A stretch of DNA of 64,000 nucleotides from Botryllus schlosseri (lineage: Eukaryota), in contig CM119373.1 in NCBI GenBank assembly GCA_051294905.1, forward strand, positions 28,892,001 to 28,956,000. Reading direction: 5' to 3'. The notes under the pieces are model-generated. The model searched no databases, had not been told where the DNA came from, and saw only the letters and a program-made list of their open reading frames with translations. How positions within the stretch are numbered: position 1 is the stretch's first letter; each line of letters opens with the position of its first letter. The position numbers were made by a program, and so were the translations under genes. This document shows, one piece after another, positions 13,150 to 25,510 of this stretch.

Positions 13150-13830
13150 TATCGCCGGTACTACACAGAGCTATACTTGAACAGCATCTTTGAGGTACAG
13201 AACTTCAATATACAATAGAATAGTATATTCATATTGAAATGAACCCGAATATTTTCGGCTGACACTCGTCAGGGGTAATCGTCAGCAACTAGTAGAGAAT
13301 TCGAAAGAACAGCGAATATCAACAATCGTAACACAAAATATGACGTCATCAGCACGAAATGTCGAATACGAGAGCGTTCAATGTACTATTTTTAGATGAT
13401 ACACGAACTCTTTTTGTTGACACAGCCTTGGCTGGTGTATTTTGATAAAAGTCGACTCCAAGGCACACAAATGAAAGTGTGAGCGACCCTTTCCGAGTAT
13501 GCGAAATCTGTCGTCTCGATAATTTTTCGCACAGGCGGGATTATTCAACAAGTGTTTGCCAATTGCAGAATTTATGGCCTTTGATTGTTCCGCATCAATC
13601 TTGAGCGGGTGAGTTAAGGGTGAGCTTTTCACCGAGCGTGTTCTAATGAATCTAGGGACATGCTGATTTATGCGTTACTGGAAGCGCCTTGACGTTCTTT
13701 CCACGTAGCCACAATCACAGTGACACTTAAATTCATTAACTACATTGTCATAAACTACATTGCTTTGCTGAAGTGCGGATAGCACGTCTTTGCTGTTAGC
13801 GCTATACTTACAAATCAAGAACGTGGATAA
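13150..13830 (-). mobile_element. Penelope-like element 3' fragment (GIY-YIG endonuclease remnant plus terminal repeat)
   Basis: KDVLSALQQSNVVNEFKCHCDCGYVERTSRRFQ*RINQH followed by SAIGKHLLNNPAC...LESTFIKIHQPRLCQQKEF (13378-13632), typical of PLE GIY-YIG domains. Left boundary approximate. Confidence 0.8.
13243..13287 (-). ncRNA. Minimal type I hammerhead ribozyme in the PLE terminal repeat
   Basis: ACCC-CUGACGA-GUGUCAGCC-GAAA-AUAUU-C/GGGU: conserved core, 4-bp stem I, palindromic stem III (AAUAUU), UUC cleavage triplet. Confidence 0.8.
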
Positions 13831-14953
13831 CTACGACGTTGTTTGTAAGTCGAGTTTGTAATTGTCACACCACAACAGTTCATTTCGCGCCAGGATGACA
13901 AAATGTATTTGAAAACTGCCTTTCGAAATGAGCGTCACCCTGTCTGCTGTGCTCTTTGATTAATCAATGTATCGCACAATTCAAGGTTTCGAGTCTGGTA
14001 CATAAAATTCGCGAGTGATATTGGCCGCTGGCGTGACAGCAACTTAAATATGATGATTTTGAAAAGGGGTCCGAACTCCTAAACCTGAATACAACATTGT
14101 CTGTACCTCTCAAAGACATGTTTATACAACAGCCAAGAGAATAATAATTCTGGCCATGATGAAAATTCACCAAGAAGTAGCTGCAATATTTATCAATTCA
14201 GTCCAAAAATAAATATTTGGCAAAGAGCCATATCTTGTACCCAAAAGAGCCATATCTGGCTCGCGAGCCATAGGTTCCCGACCACTGGCGCAGACCAATA
14301 TATCGGCTATGGGTAACAATAGGAAATAAGTTAGATTGACCTAAAAATAAACAAAGCTTATCCATCTGTCTTTGCAAAAGAAAACATATCTATACCGCGA
14401 TAAAATGCGGTATTAGGTCACATCTTTCGAGAACCCTCAGGAGTATGGCAGTATTGGAAGTCGTAGGATGCTAGAAGGACCTTGCGTTACTAGACATTGG
14501 AAATTGTTTCTATGTACTCCGTGTCCTGTCCACAAAATCATATTATCCTTGCAATTCGCAATCCTATGTTAGTGGTAGTGTTACATGAAACTCCAAAAAC
14601 TGGTAATGATAAAAAATGGATTCGACTGTTCCCTGTTGACTGATTTTTATTTGTATTGAGGGAATATATAATGCTTACACTCGCAATATGATAATTTCAG
14701 TTGATATTCTTCGAGTCGGATGTTTCGCTATTTCAGAGAGATCAGAGATGGTCACCAACTAACTCACGAACTTTTATCTTATTCGAGAATACTTCGACGT
14801 TTACTTAATCGGGTTTTCTGCAAAACTGGTTAGTCTACACATTTTTTTGATTTGGAAAGTGCAATTCAAATTTAGTTTCAGAATGACATTGCAACGACGT
14901 TTAAAAAAATTGTTTCACGATGCAATATGCCCCAGTGCCTGATTATAGCCTTA

Positions 14954-15712
14954 TCACATTCCGACTTTTATCTCTCGGTAATCACAAAGTTGGCGCCGTT
15001 CTAAAACTGCCGGGCGATGGTATTTCCTCGTTTTCACTCTTACGAACTGAACGTGAATATGTGTTCGTCCTTTTCCTACTGCGTGCCATATGCTCGATAA
15101 CGCTGATTGTGTACAGTTTTGTGATAATTTCCAATCACTGTTGGGAAAGTAGCGGCTTGATCCGCTGTGACGCATGCGCTTTAAATATCTTGAATAGCAT
15201 TGAGAGGCGCGGGACTTTACCTAATTATAAACAAGAGATAAGTATATTTCGGTTTCGCTGTAACGCATGGGATGTACCTCGTCGTCTCTTTCTGATTTAA
15301 GAGAGAACATACCTTCTTTCTTCATCAAACAAATGGTCGTGATGCGATACAATATAACTAGCGAGTGCGGGAGAGAGATGAGAAACTCATCCCGGAAACT
15401 GATCAAAACATGGGCATGTCGTAAATCATATCCGGCACAGCGAAACCAAAATGTACTTTGTTGATGACGTGTATCAGTAACTGTAATATTGATTAAGCGC
15501 TCTGAGTAAGTAGCTGCACCGCGAGAAGCGTTAGGATTGAAGGCGATGAGAATGTATACGCGGTTTGCATTTGGACGTGCTGCACATGGGTTCAGTGTAC
15601 CAGTAAAATTGCAGTCGAATGTGGTTGATTCGGACACACCGATTAGGTATAAACCGGGCGGCTGCTGTATTAGGCTGAAGTGCCACGGGAGCGTAAAAAC
15701 GAGAAATTGCAT
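14954..15712 (-). pseudogene. Degenerate ORF of an unidentified family, paralogous to 3130-3760
   Basis: 163-aa ORF (15221-15712) with a 1-nt frameshift near 15222 continuing as LGKVPRLSMLF. Collinear with the 3.2-3.7 kb remnant. Confidence 0.55.
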
Positions 15713-15912
15713 GTCAGAAAACTCCCGTTAATTCGAACAATTTCCCGCTTAATTCGGGCACAGGCTTGCAATTGTCATCGCCAAGATACGACACAATTAG
15801 CGGTAATATTTCGTTCGTTTTAACACAAGATGAGTGATTATATGATGAAACAATGATGATCCATGCATTAACAATCGATCATCAACTGCTGCTGATATAC
15901 GGGCCTACGCAG

Positions 15913-16334
15913 CAGAGATGAGCGGATTTGAAATTTCTATGTCCTAATCCAATCCAAATCCGAACCTTCAAATCCAAATCCTAATCCATAACTTTTTCAT
16001 ATTCAAGTCCATGTCCAATCCTAATCCGATTCCAACTGGAAATTCAGAAAAAAATACCAATTTATGCAATGGAGGGATTCGAAAATTTTCTTTCATAACC
16101 AACGATTCACTTGATTCAAGACAACTTAGTAACCATAAGTACATTAATACCTGATCTGAATAAAGTTTGTCGCCATTCGCCACACGACATTTCAATCTCC
16201 CAGAAAATAGGTAAATCCAATCCAAATCCTAATCCGTTCTGAAAAAAATGTCTAATCCAAATCCAATCCAAATCCAACAAAATTTCACAAATCCTGTTTT
16301 TTCAAAACCTAATCCTAATCCATGCTCATCTCTG
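15913..16334. mobile_element. hAT-type MITE with AATCC(A/T) repeats
   Basis: TIRs cagagatgagc / gctcatctctg; perfect TSD ctacgcag (15905-15912, 16335-16342). Confidence 0.9.
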
Positions 16335-16759
16335 CTACGCAGGCCCACAGTAGAACTGTGGATTGTTGATTTCGGTTCAACAGCAATAGTACAGATATTT
16401 CGTCAAATGAGCTATATTTACCCTATATTTTCAATTGTCAATGTCAATCCACTATGATGCCACAATTGAATATTCGTGACGTAACCCTGGCTTGAAAGAA
16501 CAAATACAAAAAAATACAAAACATGTTTTTAATTAGGACCTCGTTTTAAACATGTTTGTTTTAAATGCAACTCTAAACATATGTGTGTGTTATATAGTAA
16601 TACAGTACACAGTATTTATTGAGTTCTTTACGCATGACCAGTGACCACTAAACGAACAACTGCTGTTTCGCTTAATTTGGACAAAGTTGTTTCTCCGCCT
16701 AATTTGTCTGAAATAGAGCGTAACCAAAATGTCGAAATTACGCGGAGTTGTCTGTACAT

Positions 16760-17378
16760 TAGGGCTGTTCAAAAATAACTTTTTTTCCTGAATCTTGCGG
16801 GTTACGTAATTAAATCGTTAGGTTGCCTTAAAAAACGACGCACACCAAATTTGAATTCATTCCAACCAATATTCGCGGATTTCGTAGAGTTTGAAAATTT
16901 CAAATTTGCCTATGAATGCAAAAAAAAAATTTTTTCAAATTTTTCTTCCAACCCCATAAAATTGTTGCGCTGTCTTCAAAGATGATGCAAAACAAATTTG
17001 ACTCAATTCCAAGCCGTAGAAGCGGAGTTATTTGACTTTTTCGATGATAATTCTTGGATTATCCTTGATTGGGGGATAATCCCAGAATTGTCATCAAAAA
17101 ACTCAAATAACTCCCCTTCTACGGCTTGGAATTAAGTCAAATTTGTTTTGCATCATCTTTGAAGACAGCGCAACAATTTTATGGGGTTGGCAGAAAAATT
17201 TGAAAAATTTTTTTTTTTGCATTCATAGGCAAATTCGAAATTTTCAAACTCTACGAAATCAGCGAATATTGGTTGGAATGAATTCAAATTTGGTGTGCGT
17301 CGTTTTTTAAGGCAACCTAACGATTTAATCACGTAACCCGCAAGATTCAGGAAAAAAAGTTATTTTTGAACAGCCCTA
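16760..17378. mobile_element. Fully palindromic (foldback) MITE
   Basis: ~305-bp inverted arms with about a dozen mismatches and a ~9-nt loop; perfect TSD ctgtacat (16752-16759, 17379-17386). Confidence 0.92.
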
Positions 17379-17849
17379 CTGTACATTCATCGAGTTCAAT
17401 TTTAGGTTCCATACAAAACACTGTTAAGGCTTTCTGATTGAAATGTACTCAAGGACCAATTAACTAGCTAAGACGCCACAGCGCGTCGCAGCAACAACAT
17501 CGTTGTTCAATGTTATGCAAAGACACGATCATAGTTGCCTTTGTTTTTTCGTAGTGTTTCGCTAACTACGGTCATTTGTACGAGACCGATGATTGCAGTC
17601 CTTGTTTCCTTTCTATAATCATCCTCGGATTTCGTAATGCATCACTCATATTGCGAAAAGGAGCATGAATACAGCCCTAACACTGAGGTAGGAAGTTGGA
17701 CTCAAATTCCTGACACTACGACATAGAAGTGTCCGATTGAAAGTCGGTCGACCTTGCAGATTGTCAGCCCACACACATCGTCACAATATGCAATATTATT
17801 GAAGTATCACGCGTCGAGCGCAAAAACCTTTCATTTAGAAAATTAGATT

Positions 17850-18188
17850 AAAACCGATGTTCTAATTGAGTTCGTGGCTCCCAAACTTATTAGATTCCTC
17901 GCCCCCTTATCATCGGATTATTTTATTATTTGATTATCCCAGTTGATACATTTGGCGACGTTTAAAATGTCAATATGTACTTCAGCATTGTGGCATTATG
18001 TGGCCAGAGTCTTCGCTTGGGATCGTGTGCAATGTACATTAATATGGATCATCACGTCACTGAAATTTAGAGTTGGAATTACCTATATGACGTATCGGGA
18101 CGTCACGAGGTTCACGTTCGCGTTCACATAGGACCTTTCCAAAAGGTTCGCGTTCACACTAACCTGAACCTTTCAGAGGTTCACACCA
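17850..18188. mobile_element. Right-arm fragment of the TAGGGATG-TIR MITE family
   Basis: Homologous to 7650-7880 and 61980-62240 (gttgatacat...aggttcacgttcgcgttcac). Confidence 0.65.
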
Positions 18189-18189
18189 A

Positions 18190-18329
18190 CGAGGGCTTTG
18201 GAGCAGCCGTAAATTTGCATTGCTCCAGCTCCGGCTCCGGAGCTTTCTTCTACCATACATTAGCTCCGGCTCCAGTTCCGGAGCCGCACTATTACCACTG
18301 CTCCGGCTCCATCTCCGGCTCCGGCCCTG
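18190..18329. mobile_element. Small MITE-like element of GCTCCG repeats
   Basis: gagggc...gccctg ends with tandem ctccgg units; similar units at ~39620-39680 and ~44695-44725. Confidence 0.45.
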
Positions 18330-18356
18330 AAAACTCTTGATGGTGTCTGTCTATAT

Positions 18357-19052
18357 CAGGGGTGGGCAACCCGCGGCCCATATGTGGCCCGCGAGAAGGT
18401 TTTGAGTAACCCGCGAGCTAATTTCCCATTATATTATCGAAATTCTGTTATATTATCGAAATTGAATTGCTCATATTGTGAACTTGCAAGGCCAACCAAA
18501 AATATGATTAGTCTGGCCGCGACACTTGGGATGTTGATGTCTAAAATATCAGTTCCGATGCATTGGCAGATTCAGGGTCCATTCACATTTTTAGTAAATC
18601 GTCGTACATTACAATAAACTAAAAAAGTATTAAAATGTTTTTTCACGTTTCGTGTGTTTAATTGTCACACGATTTCTTTCTTTGTAGCCTACCCCAACCT
18701 GAAAATGAAAAACGCCTGATTTAGCCGATTGAGTCTAACTATAGATTATTCGCAATTACGAGAGAAAGTATTTTCGCGTTTGCGCTCGCAGAAATATTGT
18801 CGACGATGAAATGTATAGGCACAAAATGATTGCCGTATATTAGCGGAAATCTTCGATATCGGTATGTCCAGATGTCGAATAGTCCTGTCCTTGCAAACTG
18901 CGCCCAGTGGGCGGTATACAGTCGACCCGCAATATACCCCAGTAATAATATTATTAACTTTGAAAATTTTACGCGCCTTGCGCGGCTAGTTGGCGGCGCA
19001 TATGTTCGTTAATTTCACGTGGCCCTTTATCCGAAAAGGTTAGCCACCCCTG
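18357..19052. mobile_element. ~700-bp hAT (Buster-like) MITE
   Basis: TIRs caggggtgggcaac / gttagccacccctg; perfect TSD gtctatat; homologous to 20974 and 56376. Confidence 0.92.
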
Positions 19053-19622
19053 GTCTATATAGAATACTAATATACCCGTAGGTTAGTTATCTATAGTTAA
19101 CTAGAGTCTGTCAGCCATCAGTAACATCGGATGCAGCAACGAAGACATAGATGCCGCCGTGCCGGCTTGTGACGACATAATGAATACCTGTCAGTTGTCA
19201 ATAACATCACAGTTGCACTATAGTGGTTCCATTATCGCGAAGCAACCTTGGTTTCGGAACATTACACGATATAACACAAATCGGACTCGGGGATTTTCAC
19301 TGTAAAACAGGTCCTCTCAGTATACAGTCCTCATGACATGGAATATTTGGTTCGCTAATATTTGGCCTAATTATGCCGGGAAAGGACTTACACCCAATTT
19401 AGCGAAAATATCAAATGTTTGTTTCATGGCCATGCGTGAATGTCAACACCGTACTGTTGGGAAATAAATAAGCTGCCGCTGCTCTTGCAGTAATGGATAC
19501 TGATAGCATACCATGCATGTGAGTTATACCATCATTTTACATGTATTGTAGAATAAAGCAATACCAACGGACTCAACTAGTAATGTGTACTGTATTACTG
19601 TGTAGCACACATATATAGAGTT

Positions 19623-19880
19623 TGTTTGTTTTGGGATATTTATGGTTTTTTTCGACTGCTATGGTCATTTACACCAGGCCGATATTCTTCATATTTTCCG
19701 TAACTGCCGACTTATATAGCACGGCCCACCTCTACGCTTTTGTAAGACACCGCTGACGAGGATGAGATGGCGAGGAGGAGCCTAGATAAACCTTCAACAC
19801 TTGTCGACCTCGGTCGGACTCGAACCAGCACCTATTGGTGTTGCAGCCGCGGATTATACCACTGTGGTATTTCGCCACGT
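19623..19880 (-). mobile_element. tRNA-derived SINE
   Basis: Perfect B box GGTTCGAGTCC on the minus strand; flanked by tatagagtt direct repeats (19614-19622, 19885-19893). Confidence 0.85.
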
Positions 19881-20973
19881 AGCCTATAGAGTTAAAATAG
19901 TACAGTAATTCTTCAACCACAGTAAGAGGCCATGTATATCAATGTTTTCATCTTGATAAAGTATACGGCGACACTATATAAATTAAAACTAACATATTTA
20001 ACTGCACAGAAAATAAATTACGGTAAACTGACAACGCTGGCTGAAAAGTAAATCCATAAAACACAATGCTTCGGTGGGTCGGCGCGCCCTTATATCAGTT
20101 TGTTGACGATAGTTATTGCATTTATCGTGATCGTTTCAGCATAAACAATCATCCCATGTTAAAATGAGCGAAGCATTCTGCTAGCTGTGTAATATCCTCT
20201 TATTACGATGGTGTTTCGGAATTAACCAGAGAATTGTCCGAATTACCAGGAGTTTCATAATTTTGTTTCGTTTCCGGAAGTTTTGGCTGAATAAGCAACA
20301 TATCAAGGAAATCCGGTGACCTAATAAAGCGGATCCGACTGTGGCTTACACGCAGCAGTATGCCTATAGCAATAAAGATTGGCTTTAGTAGCGAGCGAGG
20401 TTGGAAGAAGTTAATCTTCAGCGACGGGGAGGCGATTGTCGTAGGTGATCAACCACCAGCGTCACGACACCAATGAAAGTGGTTTCGAATCGCGATGCTG
20501 CGACGCATTTTACCTGGGTTTCTCCTCCTGACCTGTCTGCAACTGCAGTGCGTTGGAAAGCCTGACGTAAAGTGAGCCAAGCTGCAATTCGATAGCAAAG
20601 ACAACGATTGGGACTCGACTGCGACTAAATAATCACGTGAAATCAATTGAAATGCTTCTACGAGAGGCAGTATAGACAAACGAACATTATAAAATTAGAG
20701 TCGTGGAGCACAAATCCCAAATTTTCATTAGCTTGTTATACCGGTGACGAGATAGTGAACGCATAATCGGCTCCTTCCGTTGTTTTGGACCAATCAGTAA
20801 TATTGCTATGGCTTTGCTGTAGCGTTCGAATACGACGTCCGGGACTATGAGTTTATGTGGCACATTGTGGCAGAGGTGCGATACCTTTATAATGATTTTT
20901 GCTAGGTCTGTATCAACGTTTTGTGATTGCATCAACCCCGTCGACAAGCTGGGGAGCTTTCTTCAGGTTAGAC

Positions 20974-21673
20974 CAGGGCCGGCCGACCCGTGGCCCGCGA
21001 GAAGGTTTTGAGTGGCCCGCGAGGTAATTTCCGAAATTAGTTATATTATCAAACATGGATTGCACAGGGTGTCAACGAGCAAGGTCTACCAATAATTTGA
21101 TTAGTCTGGCCGCAACACTTGAGATGTGATGACCAAAATATCAGTTCCGACGCATTAGAAGATCCACGAGCCAGTCACATTTTAGTAGATCTTCGTACAC
21201 TACAATAAAGCAGAATAATTTGCGATAGATTTATCAAAAGTAAAAAAATTCTGCACGCTTCGCGCAACATGTTGTCACTGGATTTCTTGCTTTTACTTCT
21301 GTTACCTTTTTCTGAAAATGAAAGAACGTCGTTTGAGTCTAACTATATTCGCAATTAGAAGACAAAGTGTCGTTCAACATATATCCGACCCTGCGTTTGC
21401 GCTCGCAGAAAGACCGCCGACTATGAAACCCAGGTTCAAAATGATTGACGCGTGTTGGTCGAAGCTTTCGATATCGATATGTCCAGGCGCCGAATAGTCC
21501 ATTCCTTGCAAACTTAGCCCAGCGATATACAGCAGGCCCGCAATATAGTCAAGTGACCATATATTATTGAACTATTAACTTCGAAAAATTTTGGCGCTTC
21601 GCTTCGCTAGTGGCCCGCGCAATAGTTCGTCAATCAACTCTGGCCCTTTGGCTGAAAAGGTTGGCCACCCCTG
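20974..21673. mobile_element. ~700-bp hAT (Buster-like) MITE
   Basis: TIRs cagggccggccgacc / ggttggccacccctg; TSD ggttagac / ggttagaa. Confidence 0.9.
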
Positions 21674-21956
21674 GGTTAGAAAAAGAAGTGGTCACGTTAT
21701 TGACAACGAATTTCGTGATCATGAGGCTCCAGATTTCATGCCAGGAGTCTTCCAAAACTTCAATAGTTTTAGGTGTTTGTGAGCCTGGTAGAGTCTGCAG
21801 TGACAGCGGTAATTAACGCTGAGCTGTTTTGACGTAGGTGGTGAAGAACCTCGTCGCACGAGACTCCCTGATCATAAAAGGGGGTTCTGCGCATTGCTTC
21901 GTGGCGTGTGTGGACCTGGACAGTTTGATCTTTCATGGTGCGTAACATATTTAAAT

Positions 21957-22331
21957 TAGGCTTACCATATTTTGAAAATCCAAAAAGAGGACACACTTTT
22001 TCAGAAATTTGCAACTTGCAAAACCGGAGTGGAATTCTCAAAAAACAGTTAATTTTTCCCACTTTGTGATCGGTTGACTAAAAAAAAAAAAGGTCAACAC
22101 TCCTGCCCAGATACCGTTTTTTACCCACATTGACAAGTGGATGACTAAAAAAAAAAAAAAAAAGTCATATTTTCGCTCAGAGCTAAATTCACCGTTTTTC
22201 GCTCCGAAATACCCGCCAGAGCGTCACTTCTGTGCTAATTTACGGCATATCACTCGCAATTTGCTCTAAATCTGACCTAAATTTTTAAAAAAGAGGACAA
22301 ATCCTCTTAAAAGAAGACTATGGTAGGCCTA
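21957..22331. mobile_element. hAT MITE, Blackjack-like family
   Basis: TIRs taggcttaccata / tatggtaggccta; perfect TSD atttaaat; body homologous to 777-1200. Confidence 0.85.
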
Positions 22332-24691
22332 ATTTAAATACTTTTTCGGGAGAAATAATGTGCTGGTAACTCATATGCTCAATTATAAGTCAACAGCTAA
22401 TTAATCATAATAATGACCAATTACAATATAGATCTCGATACACACTGAAAAGCTAACAATTATGTTATATTGTGAAATCTCAATTATTCAACTGCAAGTT
22501 TGCCGTCTTTATATACTTGTAGCATTTCATACTTCAGCTTGGAGTACGCAAACAGGGACGGCAATCGCAAAATGTTGTGCATATGACAGGTAATTTCATT
22601 GCAATCTATGCAATATTCTCAGTTGAGTCCTTGAATTCAATAAGGGATATTGAAGTCGAAATGATGTGCAAGACATGTCGCAAATATTTTAAGTTGAAAA
22701 TGAGCGTGAAGTTATGTGAAGAAATCAAGTAAATTGTTTAAAAAGTAAATTTTGATCGAGTATTCGCTACTATACGAATAGGCTCAGCTACCGTAGTATG
22801 TGGCTATTTAGCCCAGTTCTGAACAAAGTTGAAACAAATCGAAATACTGGATTCTTTCTTTCCTGCGAACCTGCTCGATATATTCAGAACTTTTACATTC
22901 TTTTCATCGTATATGGCGTATATTTGTGAGCAGTAATTTTGAGTTTATTCGGGAATGCAATCTGAATGACAAACATAGAGGGATTCAACTCAAACAGCGA
23001 GTTGACAAACTCGATTCGTGGATCCGCCATTGAAAGCAACAACAACCATCGCATTGAATAACTGACGTAAATACACCATTGTGCTTGTGAATTTTACAAT
23101 GTGCGAGCAATTGAATCGTATTGTGTAAATCCCCAAGTGAACGCTAAATGCGTGTAATGTTCGGAAATACGCAGGTACGCATTGTGTAGCGTGATAGATA
23201 GCATTATACACTATGCAAATGTCAATCAGATTATGCGTAGGAATGAGAATTTCGAGTGATAAAAAATGTTGCTATAAAGCCGTCCATTTTTGCATGCGTT
23301 ATGCGAGATAGTATGTTGAAGGTTTCGGAAAGTGAGAGAGGTTAGAGTCGAAACACAGTCAAGGCGCATTCAATGTTTTCGATATATTGTAAGCCTGTCC
23401 AGGGGTACCAAGACGAGAGGTTCAGTGTATAATCATAAGAGGTCAAAATGTAACAGCGATGACCTCTTAGCAGAAGAAGCGTGGTCAATTTCTACTCGAT
23501 TACGATTCCAAGTATATCGAGACATATCTTCGTGGCTCCTGCAAAATGACTCAATGGCGATACAAATATGTTGAATCTTCCAAAATATATTCAGTCAACA
23601 TAGCACACGGCGTTGCTGTTGTTGTAGTTGTTGATATATTCATTAAGCAAAGAATTACGTGCTTATCAGCATCTTCTGCTCATCTGCGTCACGACGAGAC
23701 CACTCACAAATAAATACACCACGGTCAGTCATGGCATACAGAACTAAGAAAGCAAGAACCAAGATTTCAGCGCGATAAGAAAATGTAATCTCGGCTGAAA
23801 CATCATAAATGGCGTTTACAAGATCCCACGATTATAGTCGCGCATGTGCTGATATTTTCGTCACTAAGGACGGTCGAAAGGCTGAGATTTACATTTCATT
23901 CAGGACATTTCTTCGCGCAGAATTAACGTTAACGCATTCTGGGCCAATGTACTACGGGTTTGTAATGATTTGAGTCATAGCCCGACTCGCGTCAGACTTG
24001 ATTATCTATTTTCTGATGACTCAACTTGACTTGAGTCTTTGCGAATGACTTGAACAAAGTCATATTACTCGAGTCTCAGTCGGCCAAGACAGACATTTCA
24101 TTGTATTTTCGAATAATAATAAAGTAACAACACTGTTGGTATTTCGCCTATTGGTTCTGGTACGTGAAAATACGATCAGAAACTGTGGAAAGTGAGGAAG
24201 ATTAGTATGTTTTAAATGCGAACTAATCGATATCAGTGGGCGATTTTTTTGACCTAAAAAACGAAAGATTTTGACCTATAAAATCTAAATTTTGACATTT
24301 TTGAACCTTAAAAAAGTAAATTTTGACCAAATTTTGACCTAACGTATGCAAATTAGGTGTTTTCCCAAAAAATGTTAGAATTGTACTACTTATCCTCATT
24401 TCTGGTTTGAATTGTCGGTCCCTACGAAGTAGTTTTCCCTGAAAAACTTGTTTGACTCAAAAACTGACAAAGTTTTACATGACGAAACATTATTTTAACA
24501 AAATTTGGCCCTATGATGAATTCCAGTATACATAATGTACTATGGTGAAAATAATTAAAATTTGTTGTAGTAGAACGAAAGATACTTTCCTGCATTCTCG
24601 GCCGGGATATCTAGATATCTAGTTCTAGATATCCCTGATTCTCGGGTAAAAAGTGTCTGTCTTTACCAAGTAGCTTGCCAAGGATGAAGAT

Positions 24692-24975
24692 GTGGCGAGA
24701 TAGCGTAGTGGGATAATCCACAGCTACAACACCAATGGGTTTTAGGTTCTAGTCCGACCGAGGTCGACTCCAGAATTCCTACCTGTGTTGGAGATTTATC
24801 TAGGCTCATCCTCGCCATCTCATCTGCGTGAGCGGTGTCTTATAAAAAGCATAGAAGTGGGCCGTGCTGCAAGTCGGCAGATACTCGGCGGATACGGAAT
24901 CGAAAATAAGGAATATCGGCCTGGTGTAAATGACCATTGTAGTCGACAAACACCATGAATATACAAACAACAACA
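24692..24975 (+). mobile_element. tRNA-derived SINE
   Basis: A box tagcgtagtgg, B box ggttctagtcc, body homologous to 5005-5278, (CAA)n tail. Confidence 0.85.
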
Positions 24976-25118
24976 GCAAGATGAATGGAGAAAGAACGTT
25001 CAACTGTAGCAGCTATTGGCTGGCAACACTGAAGTTGTGCGTGCGTACACTGCTGGTGACACACCGTGTTGCTTCATTCTGACAATGGTATACATTGCAA
25101 TTTTTGTAAGAACCATGC

Positions 25119-25510
25119 TGTTAGCGCGCGCGTACGGCTTTGCAGTGCCTCGTGATATCTTGGTGTATTTAATTTAATTGTCTCGTGTTTGATCATCATC
25201 ATCATTATCAGTCTCGTTTTCTCTCCCTATATATTCAATTGCTAGACTCGTTTTCGTTGGTTACTTTGCTGAACAGACGGTTGGAAGATTCTTGGGATAA
25301 AGCATCGTTGTAAATCCTACGTTGTGCCTACTTTGTGCCTTATATTTATGCGTACTGCGTGCTGCCATTTGTGCTGTTCACGTTCTACTAAGCGTTAATT
25401 TGGATTAAAAGGTTGCTTGATTTACACCGGCCTTACATTCTACCGTCGAGATTAGACAGGCTTCTGCGCCTTAGTCGCCACACGCTCATTTCGTGTGCCG
25501 CGCAGAAACA
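25119..25510 (+). repeat. 5' LTR
   Basis: No difference from 31383-31774 found on visual comparison; TATATA at 25228, ATTAAA at 25404. Confidence 0.97.

Larger units (their letters stand above)
12717..14287. mobile_element. Non-autonomous hAT element hosting a Penelope-like fragment
   Basis: TIRs cagtggtcgggaacct / aggttcccgaccactg; degenerate TSD gtatagac / gcgcagac; AAGAGCCAT subterminal motifs. Confidence 0.75.

Noticed and set aside
14920-15300. Plus-strand ORF resembling a Merlin/IS1595 transposase C-terminus
   Set aside because: No DDE motifs or TIRs; paralog comparison favours the minus strand.
15221-15712. SH2, SPRY or small-GTPase identity for the unknown ORF family
   Set aside because: Only 5-8-residue resemblances (PPGLYLIGVSES; PIILLGHKS); the SH2 arginine is absent and GTPase motifs would be out of order.
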